64,000 nt of DNA, taken from contig CAVSQW010000007.1 of NCBI GenBank assembly GCA_963730185.1, positions 1 to 64,000 on the forward strand, written 5' to 3'. The notes beneath the pieces were generated by a model. It was given only the letters and a program-made list of their open reading frames with translations. It did no database searches and had not been told where the DNA came from. Numbering within the stretch: the stretch's first letter is position 1; each line of letters opens with the position of its first letter. This document shows positions 1 to 9,165 of this stretch, in pieces. The position numbers were made by a program, and so were the translations under genes. The stretch comes from an uncultured Gemmatimonadales bacterium (lineage in GTDB: Bacteria > Gemmatimonadota > Gemmatimonadetes > Gemmatimonadales > GWC2-71-9).

Positions 1-618
1 GATAGAGGGTGAGCGCCGCCACGGTCATCGCCGTCCGGAGGCCGGCACCCGCGAGCGGTGGGAGGTCGGCCAGCTTGAGCGCGAGGCCGACTCCGAACGG
101 ATTGATCGGGCTGAAGGTGGCGCCCACGACGGCCGCCCCGAGGCTCATGGAGAGGGCGGTGATCGCGCCAAATCCGAGTCCCCGGCTCAGCAGGAGCATC
201 ACCGGGATCAAGGCCACGATCTCCTCGTACATGTTCTCGAGCGCGCCGAGGAGGCAGAAGGCGGCGCTCACCAGGCTGATCACCAGCAGCGGATGGCCCC
301 CTCGGCCCACCGTCCCGCCGACCAGGCGCCCCAGCGCCCGGTCGACTCGAGCATCGAGAACACGCCGCCCACCATCAGAATCACGAGCAGGACGTCGGCG
401 CCCGAGACGATGCCGCGCGGCACCGCCAGCATGGCGGCCGGCAGCGAGACCGGCTGGGCCGGGATCTCGTGGTAGGTGCCGGCCACGACCAGCTCACGTC
501 CGGTGGCGGGATCGGGTGTGCGCTGATACTCCCCGGCGGGGAGGATCCAGGTGAGGAGGGCGGCGACCAGTACGGCGCCCAGGAGGAGGATCAGCGGGTG
601 CGGGAAGCGGAGGCGCAT
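1..618 (-). CDS. YfcC/C4-dicarboxylate-carrier-family membrane transporter, running off the left edge, with a frameshift near 337-340
   Basis: Starts MRLRFPHPLILLLGAVLVAALLTWILPAGEY (typical YfcC-like N-terminus). Restoring one G in a G-run near 338 continues the frame as ...GALENMYEEIVALIP...GATFSPINPFGVGLA, motifs of the same family. Confidence 0.75.
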
Positions 619-732
619 GGCCAATAGTCCGGCGCGCCCGCCCGTGGCACAAGAGGAGGCGCCCGCCGGGCGCGGGATGGCACCATGCCGGGCCCCGATG
701 TACCCTTCGCTCGCCCTTGCCGGAGAACGAGA

Positions 733-2577
733 GTGATCTTCCTTGCCGCCCTGCTCGCCATCATGCCGCCCGCCCCCGCGGGCGACACCGTCCGATACGA
801 CGTCCAGTTCCCCAACGCCGTCCACCACGAAGCCCGGATCACGGTGACCTTCCCGGGTCTCACGCCCGGCCCGGTCGAGGTCTGGATGAGCCGCTCCTCA
901 CCCGGGCGGTACGCCCTGCACGAGTTCGCCAAGAACGTCTACGCGGTCGAGGCGGTGGACGGCCGGGGCCGGCCGCTCCCAGTGTCTCACGCCGACCCGT
1001 ACAAGTGGCTGGTGACCGGGCACGACGGCACCGTCAAGTTCACCTACACCTTCTTCGGCGACCGGGCCGGCGGCACCTACTCCGGGATCGACCTGACCCA
1101 CGCCCATCTCAACATCCCGGCCACCTTCGCCTGGGCCACCGGTCTCGACCACCGGCCCGTCGCCATCCGGTTCGAGGTGCCCGCAGGGAGCGGCTGGAAG
1201 GCCGCGACCCAGCTGCTCCCGACCAAGGACCCGCTCCGGTTTACCGCGCCGGATCTCCGGTACTTCATGGACAGTCCGACCGAGCTCTCGAACTACGCGC
1301 TCCGGACCTGGACCGTGCCGGCCCCGAACGGCGGCCGGTACACCATGCGGCTCGCGGTCCACCATCTCGGCACCGACGACGAGCTCGACGCCTACACCGA
1401 GATGGCCAAGAAGGTGGTGGCGCAGGAGATCGGGGTGTTCGGCGAGGCGGCCCGCTACGACGCCGGGACCTACACCTTCATCGCCGACTACGTGCCCTGG
1501 GCCTCGGGCGACGGGATGGAGCACCGGAACTCGACCAGCATCTCGAGCAGCAGCAGCCTGGCCCGGAACGCCTCCGGCCTGCTGGGTACCCTGGCCCACG
1601 AGTTCTTCCACTCCTGGAACATGGAGCGGATCCGCTCCAAGGGGATCGAGCCGTTCGTGTTCACCCGATCCGACCCGTCCGACGGGCTCTGGTTCGGGGA
1701 AGGCTTCACCAGCTACTACGACGATCTCTCGATCCGGCGGGCCGGGCTGATGAGGGACGAGGACTATGCCCGGTCGATCGGCGGGACGATCAACGCGGTG
1801 ATCAACTCGCCGGCCCGGCAGTTCCGGAGCCCGGTCGACATGAGCATCCAGGCGCCGTTCGTGGATGCGGCCACCTCGATCGACCCGCCCAACTTCGCCA
1901 ACACCTTCCTCTCCTACTACACCTGGGGCGCCGCGGTCGGGATCGGGCTCGATTTTACCATCCGGACCCGGTTTCCGGGCAAGTCGCTCGACGGGTTCAT
2001 GCGGACCATGTGGGACGAGTTCGGGCGGCCGGAGCGGCCGTTCGTGATCAAGCGTCCCTACACGGTCGACGATCTCCAGCGGACCCTGGGCGCCTACACC
2101 GGCGACCCGGCCTTCGCCGCCGATTTCTTCGAGCGGTACATCCGGGGCCGCGACGTGGTCGACTACGGCGCGCTGCTGGCCCACGCCGGGTTCCTGCTCG
2201 CCCCCACCAATCCGAACGGCGCCTTCCTCGGCCTGGTCCGGCTGGACTACGGCACCGAGGGCGCCACCGTCCTGGGCCCGACCCTGATCGGATCGCCGCT
2301 CTACCAGGCCGGGGTCGACCGGACCGACCTGATCGAGTCGATCGGCGGCCACCCGCTCAAGTCGGACGACGACTGGCAGGCGATCAAGGACGCCCATCGC
2401 CCCGGCGATCGGGTGGAGATCGTCTTCGTGCAGCGGGGCACCCGCCGGACCGCCACGCTCACCGTGGCCGCCGACCCCCGGCTCACGGTCACGCCCTCCG
2501 AGGCGGCCGGCCGTGAGCTGACCGACGCCCAGCGCGCCTTCCGGGCCGACTGGCTGGGCAGCAAGGCCCTCCAGTGA
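733..2577 (+). CDS. M61 glycyl aminopeptidase-family metallopeptidase with C-terminal PDZ domain, secreted
   Basis: Signal-like N-terminus, SPGRY, GMEH, HEFFHSWN, WFGEGFTSYY, SYY..G motifs and a PDZ-like tail (GSPLYQAGV...DLIESIGG). Start GTG 733 is inferred. Confidence 0.9.
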   Translation: MIFLAALLAIMPPAPAGDTVRYDVQFPNAVHHEARITVTFPGLTPGPVEVWMSRSSPGRYALHEFAKNVYAVEAVDGRGRPLPVSHADPYKWLVTGHDGTVKFTYTFFGDRAGGTYSGIDLTHAHLNIPATFAWATGLDHRPVAIRFEVPAGSGWKAATQLLPTKDPLRFTAPDLRYFMDSPTELSNYALRTWTVPAPNGGRYTMRLAVHHLGTDDELDAYTEMAKKVVAQEIGVFGEAARYDAGTYTFIADYVPWASGDGMEHRNSTSISSSSSLARNASGLLGTLAHEFFHSWNMERIRSKGIEPFVFTRSDPSDGLWFGEGFTSYYDDLSIRRAGLMRDEDYARSIGGTINAVINSPARQFRSPVDMSIQAPFVDAATSIDPPNFANTFLSYYTWGAAVGIGLDFTIRTRFPGKSLDGFMRTMWDEFGRPERPFVIKRPYTVDDLQRTLGAYTGDPAFAADFFERYIRGRDVVDYGALLAHAGFLLAPTNPNGAFLGLVRLDYGTEGATVLGPTLIGSPLYQAGVDRTDLIESIGGHPLKSDDDWQAIKDAHRPGDRVEIVFVQRGTRRTATLTVAADPRLTVTPSEAAGRELTDAQRAFRADWLGSKALQ

Positions 2578-2626
2578 CCCGGTCGGGGTGGCTTGCGGGG
2601 CGCCCGGCCGGCGGTAGCTTGGGCTG

Positions 2627-3538
2627 ATGACGAACCCCGTGCCGGACCCGGCGGCGCCCCCGGCGCCACCCACGCCGCCGTCGGCCCCCGCGCGGGCGGT
2701 GGGACCCCGCGACGATCAGATCGACGTCTTCGGCCTGACCCACCAGGGGCTGGTCCGGAAGCAGAACCAGGATCACTTCCTGCTCTGCTCGCTCCACAAG
2801 GCGATGCGGGTGGTCGGCACCAGCCTGCCCCATCCCGAGACCCTCCAGACCACGAGCCAGCGGCTCGCCTTCATTGGGGTCGTGGCCGACGGGGTGGGTG
2901 GCACCGACGGCGGCGAGGAGGCCAGTCGGGCGGCGATCGAGGCGGTGGCCACCTACGTCACCAACACGCTCGAGTGCTACTACAAGGCCGACCCGACCGA
3001 GGAGCAGCACTTTCTCGAGGCGCTCCGGGCGGTGGCCCGCGAGTCGCACGAGCGGGTCCTGGCCCGGGGCCGGGAACGCCCCGAGCTGGCCGGGCTGGCC
3101 ACGACCCTCACCATGGCCATCGCCATCTGGCCGGCGATCTACGTTCTCCAGCTCGGCGATAGCCGAGCCTACCGGCTCCGGAATGGCGTCCTGGAGCGGC
3201 TGACCAAGGATCAGACCCTGGCCCAGGACCTGGTCGACACCGGCGTGCTGAGCCAAACCTCGGCCCACCGAAGCCCGTTCGCCCACGTGCTCTCGAGCGC
3301 GATCGGGGGCACGGCCCGTCCGGCGGTGGCCCGGTTCGAGACGGTGCCGGGCGATCTGCTGATGCTCTGCAGCGACGGACTCACCAAACACGTGCCGGAC
3401 GAGCGGATCCGGGAACGGTTGATGGCGATTCCTTCGGCCGAGGCGGCCTGTCGCGCGTTGATCGAGGACGCCCTGGCCGACGGCGGCACCGACAACGTGA
3501 CCGTGGTGGTGGGACGGGAGAAGGCTCCACCCTCCTGA
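2627..3538 (+). CDS. PP2C-family Ser/Thr protein phosphatase
   Basis: Motifs GLVRKQNQD, VADGVGG, LGDSRAY, LCSDGL, GGTDNVT. Confidence 0.92.
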   Translation: MTNPVPDPAAPPAPPTPPSAPARAVGPRDDQIDVFGLTHQGLVRKQNQDHFLLCSLHKAMRVVGTSLPHPETLQTTSQRLAFIGVVADGVGGTDGGEEASRAAIEAVATYVTNTLECYYKADPTEEQHFLEALRAVARESHERVLARGRERPELAGLATTLTMAIAIWPAIYVLQLGDSRAYRLRNGVLERLTKDQTLAQDLVDTGVLSQTSAHRSPFAHVLSSAIGGTARPAVARFETVPGDLLMLCSDGLTKHVPDERIRERLMAIPSAEAACRALIEDALADGGTDNVTVVVGREKAPPS

Positions 3539-3550
3539 GGGAGGCCTCCG

Positions 3551-5233
3551 ATGTCATCCAATCGACGTGAGTTCCTGGAAGCCGCGGCCGCCCTCGGCTT
3601 CGGCGCCGCGCTGCCCGTGGTCCGGAGCCGGCGCTCCGCCCCCGGGCGAACCGCCCCTGACCTGGTCGTGTTGGGCGCCACGGTGTACACCATGGACGAC
3701 CTGGTGCCCCGGGCCGAGGCGTTCGCGATCACCGGCGGCCGGTTCAGCGCCGTGGGCTCGGCGGCCGAGATCCGCGGCCTGGCGGGCCCCGGCACCGAGG
3801 TGGTCGATGCCCGGGGCCTGACGGCTCTGCCCGGCTTCATCGACGCCCACTGCCATCCCGACGGAGTCGACGAGCTGATCGGGGTGAACGTCAACCTCCC
3901 CTCGATCAAGGACGTGCAGGCCGCGCTCCGGAAGAAGGCCGCCGACACCCCGCCCGGGTACTGGGTGAGCGGCTACATGTACGACGACACCAAGCTCAGC
4001 GAAGGACGGTCGATAACCCGGCGCGACCTGGACGCGGCCGTGCCCGATCATCCGGCCAGGGTGAACCATCGCGGCGGCCACACCGCGGTCTTCAACAGCC
4101 GGGCGTTCGCGATGGCCGGGGTCACCGCCGAGACGCCCGACCCGACCGGCGGGAAGTTCTACCGGGAGAACGGCGAGCTGACCGGCAAGGTGGCCGAGCT
4201 GGCGATGGATGGGTTCGCCCGGGTGGGGAAGACGGTGGAGGTAACCCGCGACGTCCGCCGCCGGGCGGTGGGCTTCATCTCCTCGGAGATGGCCAAGGCC
4301 GGCCTCACCTCGGTCCACCAGACCGGTGGCGACGTCGAGAACCTGACGGCGCTGCAGGACGCCTCCGCCTCGGGTGAGCTCAACTTCCGGATGTACCTCT
4401 TCCCCTGGGGACCCGGCAAGCTCTACCCGCTGCTCCGCGACGCCGGGGTCCGGACCGGCTTCGGCGACGACCGGCTCCGGATCGGCCCGGTCAAGTTCGC
4501 CGCCGACGGCTCGGCCTCGGAGCGGACCATGCGGATGAGCACGCCGTACGTGGGGCGGCCCAACGACTTCGGGATCCTGACCATGGACCAGGCCGAGATC
4601 CACGAGGCGGTGGAGACCGCCCATCGGGCCGGCTGGCGGGTGGGGATCCACGCCAACGGCGACGTGGCCATCGACATGGTGCTCCAGGCCTACGAGCGGG
4701 TCCAGAAGCTCTGGCCGCGCGAGGATCCCCGGCACCGGATCGAGCACTGCACCCTGGTGAACCCCGATCTGCTCCGGCGGATCGCCGCGGCCGGGGTGAT
4801 CCCGACCCCGTTCTACACTTACGTCTACTACCACGGCGAGAAGTGGGTCGAGTACGGCGACGAGAAGCTCCGCTGGATGTTCGCCCACCGCTCGTTCCTC
4901 GACTACGGCATCCACGTGGGGCCGGCCTCCGACTACATCCCGGGGCCCTACGAGCCCCTGATGGCCATTCAGAGCATGGTGACCCGAACCGACTACCGGG
5001 GCCGGGTCTGGGGGGCCAACCAGAAGATCACGGTGCCGGAGGCGCTCCGGATCTGCACCATGGGCGGGGCCTACGCCTCGCGGGAAGAGGGCACCAAAGG
5101 CTCGATCACCCCTGGCAAGCTGGGCGACGTCGTGCTTTTGGGGAGCGACCCGCACACCACCGATCCCGGCGCGATCAAGGACATCAAGGTGGTGCGGACG
5201 GTGATGGACGGGCGGACCACCTGGACCGGATGA
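3551..5233 (+). CDS. Tat-exported amidohydrolase 3 (YtcJ-like)
   Basis: SNRREFLE Tat motif; PGFIDAHCH, KFAADGS, HANGD, RIEHC, GKLGD motifs; GGAGG ribosome-binding site upstream. Confidence 0.9.
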   Translation: MSSNRREFLEAAAALGFGAALPVVRSRRSAPGRTAPDLVVLGATVYTMDDLVPRAEAFAITGGRFSAVGSAAEIRGLAGPGTEVVDARGLTALPGFIDAHCHPDGVDELIGVNVNLPSIKDVQAALRKKAADTPPGYWVSGYMYDDTKLSEGRSITRRDLDAAVPDHPARVNHRGGHTAVFNSRAFAMAGVTAETPDPTGGKFYRENGELTGKVAELAMDGFARVGKTVEVTRDVRRRAVGFISSEMAKAGLTSVHQTGGDVENLTALQDASASGELNFRMYLFPWGPGKLYPLLRDAGVRTGFGDDRLRIGPVKFAADGSASERTMRMSTPYVGRPNDFGILTMDQAEIHEAVETAHRAGWRVGIHANGDVAIDMVLQAYERVQKLWPREDPRHRIEHCTLVNPDLLRRIAAAGVIPTPFYTYVYYHGEKWVEYGDEKLRWMFAHRSFLDYGIHVGPASDYIPGPYEPLMAIQSMVTRTDYRGRVWGANQKITVPEALRICTMGGAYASREEGTKGSITPGKLGDVVLLGSDPHTTDPGAIKDIKVVRTVMDGRTTWTG

Positions 5234-5245
5234 GCGGGCCGGAGC

Positions 5246-6376
5246 TCAGGGGGGCGTGGGGCGGAGCAGGGCAGCGGCCGGCCGGACCAGGGCGGTATCG
5301 TTGAGGAGCTCCCAGTAGCTCACGCTGTCGGGCTCGGCCGTGATCTCGAGAAATCGGGCGATGGTCTGGGTCAGCTGGGTGCTGAAGTGGCCGGGCACCG
5401 AGGACGGCAGCAGGTATCCCCGCCCGAACCAGCTCCGGACCAGGACGCTCTTCGGAGTGATCGGCAGGGTCCGGACGTTGGCCACGAACTCGGGGAACGA
5501 TCCCTGCCGGAAGAGATACGACTCCACGTTGCTCAGGTAGAACACCGACACCGGCCGCCCGGTCTCCTGGAGGTAGGCGCCGATCGCCCGGAGCGCCTTG
5601 GGGCCGGCCAGGTCGCCCACCACCGGAATCACCAGATCCCGGCGCTCCAGGGAGCGCACCGTCCGCCACCGGTCTTCCGTTGCCAGGTAGCTCGCCTCGT
5701 GGCCGGTCAGGTCCGTTTCCCGGTAGAGATCGCGGGCCGACGGAAAGACCAGCCGGTTGGGGCGGCCCCGGTTGGTGTAGCGGAGGTCGAGGCCGTGGTA
5801 CGCGAAGTCGTCGTGGAAGCGGCGGAGGGTAGCGGAATCCTCGGCGGTGAGCGGGACGCCGTAGCGCGACACCCGTCCGACCAGGGCCCGATGGCTCCGG
5901 TCCAGGAGGGCGGAGTCGACCACGGTGCGGTCGAGGTAGTCGAGCAGCGAGGCGAGGGGCAGCTCGGTCCACATCGGGAGATCGGCCGGGGCCGGACGAC
6001 CGTAGAGCAGGCAGAGGTACTCCAGCCGGTTCCGGGCGGTCTCGAACATCGCCTTGAACAGGAGATGGAGCAGGAGGTTGTCGCGCCGGATGTCGATCAC
6101 GAAGGCGATCGACGGCTGGAGCTCGGCGATGTACGAAAAGCCGGTTTCCGGCCCCACCCCCAGGTAGGCCCCGCCCGAGACGCCGACGGCCCGGAAGGCG
6201 TCGAGGGCGTGAAGGTAGGACGTCTCGTTGGAGACCAGGTTGTCGCTCTGGAAGTACCCGCCCGATTCGCTCAGCCGCTCGATCAGCCGCCCGAACGCCG
6301 TGCTCTGGACCGCGGCATGGGGGACCGCGCCCAGGAGGGGCAGGAGCAGCAGGACGATGAGCGAGCGGCGGCGCAT
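5246..6376 (-). CDS. Secreted conserved hypothetical protein with SAM-methyltransferase-like motifs
   Basis: Sec signal MRRRSLIVLLLLPLLGA; GAYLGVGP, AFVIDIR, VVGDLAG, FYLSNVESYL; strong SD (GAGGTGAGG) and GC3-rich codons. Confidence 0.75.
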   Translation of the reverse strand: MRRRSLIVLLLLPLLGAVPHAAVQSTAFGRLIERLSESGGYFQSDNLVSNETSYLHALDAFRAVGVSGGAYLGVGPETGFSYIAELQPSIAFVIDIRRDNLLLHLLFKAMFETARNRLEYLCLLYGRPAPADLPMWTELPLASLLDYLDRTVVDSALLDRSHRALVGRVSRYGVPLTAEDSATLRRFHDDFAYHGLDLRYTNRGRPNRLVFPSARDLYRETDLTGHEASYLATEDRWRTVRSLERRDLVIPVVGDLAGPKALRAIGAYLQETGRPVSVFYLSNVESYLFRQGSFPEFVANVRTLPITPKSVLVRSWFGRGYLLPSSVPGHFSTQLTQTIARFLEITAEPDSVSYWELLNDTALVRPAAALLRPTPP

Positions 6377-6416
6377 GGGACCTCACCTCGGCGGCCGATG
6401 CCCCAACATATCACGG

Positions 6417-8501
6417 TCAGGGCGTCAGGGGATACTTGGGCGTCACCCCCATTTGGTAGAGCATGAAGGCGTAGACGTCGGCGGTCTCGTCCAGGCGCTT
6501 GGCGGTACTCACCGCGCCGTGCCCGGACTTGGTCTCGATCCGGATCAGGGCCGGGTTCGGTCCCGCGGTCTTCTCCTGGAGGGCAGCCGCGAACTTGAAC
6601 GAGTGCGCGGGCACCACCCGATCGTCGTGGTCGGCGGTGGTGATCAGGGTGGCCGGATAGCTCACGCCCTCCCTCACGTTATGGAGCGGCGAGTAGGCGA
6701 GCAGGTTCGCGAAATGCTCCGGCTCGTCGCTCGATCCGTACTCGGCCGCCCAGTTCCAGCCGATCGTGAACTTGTGATAGCGCAGCATGTCCATCACCCC
6801 GACCGCCGGGAGCGCCACTCCGCAGAGCTCCGGCCGCTGGGTCATGATGGCGCCGACCAGCAGCCCGCCGTTGGACCCGCCCTCGATGGCGCACCGGGCC
6901 GGCGAGGTGTAGCCGTTGTGCTGGAGCCACTCGGCCGCGGCGATGAAGTCGTCGAACACGTTCTGCTTCTTCAGCAGCATGCCGGCTCGATGCCAGGCCT
7001 CGCCGTACTCCGCTCCGCCCCGGATGTTGGCCACCGCGTAGACGCCCCCCTGCTCCAGCAACGCCACGACCAGCGGGTTGAAGGTCGGCCCCAGGGTAAT
7101 GTTGAACCCGCCGTAGCCGTAGAGCAGCGTCGGGCGCTGGCCGTCGAGCTCGAGACCCTTCCGGTGGACCAGGAACATCGGCACCCGGGTGCCGTCCTTG
7201 CTGGAGTAGAACACCTGGCGGGTCTCGAACCGGTCCGGGTCGAACGGTACCTCCGTCTTCCGGTACAGGGTCGAACGGCCGGTGGCCAGGTCGTACCGGA
7301 ACACGGTGGGCGGGTAGGTGAACGAGTAGAAGGTGTAGAACGCCTCCCGGTCGTCCTGGCGGCCGTCGAAGCCGGTCACCTGGCCGAGCGTCGGCAGCTC
7401 GATCTCGCGCTCGAGCGTGCCCGAGAGGTCGTGGACGTAGACCCGGTGGGTCACGTCCTCGAGGTAGACCGCGAAGAGCCGGTTGCCCACGACGGTGGCC
7501 TGGTCGAGCGGTTCCGGCTTCTCGGGGAGGATCTCGCGCCAGTGGGCCTCGTCGGGCCGGGCCGGGTCGATCTCGACCACCCGCCAGTTGGGCGCGTTCC
7601 GGTTGGTCATCACCAGGAGCTGGTCGCCCACGTTGTCGATGACGGTGTAGCTGTCCTTGAAGCTGGTGACCAGCGGCCGGAACTCGGTCTCGCCCCGGGC
7701 CAGGTCCCTGAGGTAGAGGGCGCTGCCGTCGTTCCCGGCCTCGCTCCGGTCGGAGATGCTGAGCAGCAGGTAGCGCTGGTCGTCGGTGACGTGCGCCAAG
7801 TGAAACCGCTTGGGGTGGGCCGGGTCCTGGTAGATCAGCTGGTCGTCGGCCTGGGGCGTGCCGAGGCGGTGATAGTAGACCTGGTGGTTCTCGTTCGAGC
7901 CGGAGAGCGCCTTGGTGCTGTCGTTGGGCACGGGATAGCGGCTGTAGTAGAAGCCGTCCCGGTACCAGCTCAGGCCGGACACCTTGACCCAGCGGATGTC
8001 GTCGGGCAGCGCCTGGCGGGTGGCCGTCTCCATGACCCGGTACTCCTGCCAGTCCGAGCCGCCGCTGGAGAGGCCGTAGGCGAAGTACTTCCCGTCCTTC
8101 GAGAGCGCCGCGGCGCCGAGCCGGACGGTGCCGTCGCGGGAGAGGGCGTTGGGGTCGATCAGGACCTCGGGCTTTCCTTCGAGCCCCGCTTGGACGTAGA
8201 CCACCGCCTGGTTCTGGAGCCCGTCGTTCTTGGCGAACAGGTAGTAGGGCCCGGTCCGGGACGGGGCGGAGTACCGGGGGTAGTTGTAGAGCTGCTCGAG
8301 CCGGGCGCGGAGCCGGCCCCGGAACGGAATCCGGGCCAGATAGTCGAAGGTGACCTCGTTCTCGGCCTGGACCCAGGCCTTCACGGCCGAGGCGGTGTCG
8401 TCTTCCAGCCAGCGGTAGGGGTCGGCCACCTTGGTGCCGAAGTAGTCGTCGACGTGGTCGACCTTCCGGGTCTTGGGATAGGTGATGGTGGTCTGGACCA
8501 T
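6417..8501 (-). CDS. Prolyl oligopeptidase (S9A)
   Basis: DPYRWLED, GGSNGG nucleophile, DHDDRV, SGHGA catalytic motifs. Start ATG 8501 inferred. Confidence 0.95.
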   Translation of the reverse strand: MVQTTITYPKTRKVDHVDDYFGTKVADPYRWLEDDTASAVKAWVQAENEVTFDYLARIPFRGRLRARLEQLYNYPRYSAPSRTGPYYLFAKNDGLQNQAVVYVQAGLEGKPEVLIDPNALSRDGTVRLGAAALSKDGKYFAYGLSSGGSDWQEYRVMETATRQALPDDIRWVKVSGLSWYRDGFYYSRYPVPNDSTKALSGSNENHQVYYHRLGTPQADDQLIYQDPAHPKRFHLAHVTDDQRYLLLSISDRSEAGNDGSALYLRDLARGETEFRPLVTSFKDSYTVIDNVGDQLLVMTNRNAPNWRVVEIDPARPDEAHWREILPEKPEPLDQATVVGNRLFAVYLEDVTHRVYVHDLSGTLEREIELPTLGQVTGFDGRQDDREAFYTFYSFTYPPTVFRYDLATGRSTLYRKTEVPFDPDRFETRQVFYSSKDGTRVPMFLVHRKGLELDGQRPTLLYGYGGFNITLGPTFNPLVVALLEQGGVYAVANIRGGAEYGEAWHRAGMLLKKQNVFDDFIAAAEWLQHNGYTSPARCAIEGGSNGGLLVGAIMTQRPELCGVALPAVGVMDMLRYHKFTIGWNWAAEYGSSDEPEHFANLLAYSPLHNVREGVSYPATLITTADHDDRVVPAHSFKFAAALQEKTAGPNPALIRIETKSGHGAVSTAKRLDETADVYAFMLYQMGVTPKYPLTP

Positions 8502-8669
8502 GCCGATTCCGGGGAGGACGAGGCCGGAAGTTATCCGGCTCCGGGGCGAACCGGGATTGGCCTGGCGGTGGATCGCAACCGGCATCTTGCGGCCGGAGTC
8601 GGAGCCGTCAGATTACTCCCGGCGGGGCGCCGCCGGCTGCCCCGGAAACCCATTCCGAGGGATGTGCCC

Positions 8670-9134
8670 ATGCGTCCGACCAGCCGGATCGCCACTCTGC
8701 TCCTCGCCGCGGCCGTCGCCGCGCCCGCGCTCGCCGCTCAGGCCAAGCCGGATTTCTCGGGGACCTGGGTCATGGTCCCGGACAAGAGCGATTTAGCTGG
8801 CATGCCTTCCCCGGGCGACCGGACCGACGTGATCGATCATCACGAGCCCAAGCTCACGATCAAGCGGACCATCGGCGACGCCACCATGAACCTCGTCTAC
8901 GCGGTCGATGGGCAGCCCTGGAAGAACACCGTCCCCCAGGGCGAAGTGACCAGCACCCTGAAATGGGACGGCGCCGTGCTGGTGATGCAGAGCGCCATCG
9001 CCGTCCAGGGCAACGAGATCAGCCTGGAGGACCGCTACTCGCTGGCCGCCGACGGCAAGACCCTCACTCAGGCCCGCACCATCAACGTGCAGGGCCAGGT
9101 CATCCAGCAGACACTGGTATTCGCCCGGCAGTAG
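8670..9134 (+). CDS. Small secreted hypothetical protein, predicted lipocalin/FABP-like beta-barrel
   Basis: Signal peptide ending ALA/AQA, then PDFSGTW motif and alternating beta-strand pattern. It is the real 3' part of the 6228-9134 shadow ORF. Confidence 0.7.
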   Translation: MRPTSRIATLLLAAAVAAPALAAQAKPDFSGTWVMVPDKSDLAGMPSPGDRTDVIDHHEPKLTIKRTIGDATMNLVYAVDGQPWKNTVPQGEVTSTLKWDGAVLVMQSAIAVQGNEISLEDRYSLAADGKTLTQARTINVQGQVIQQTLVFARQ

Positions 9135-9165
9135 TCGCCCGGCCCCTCCGATTCCGACGATCGGG

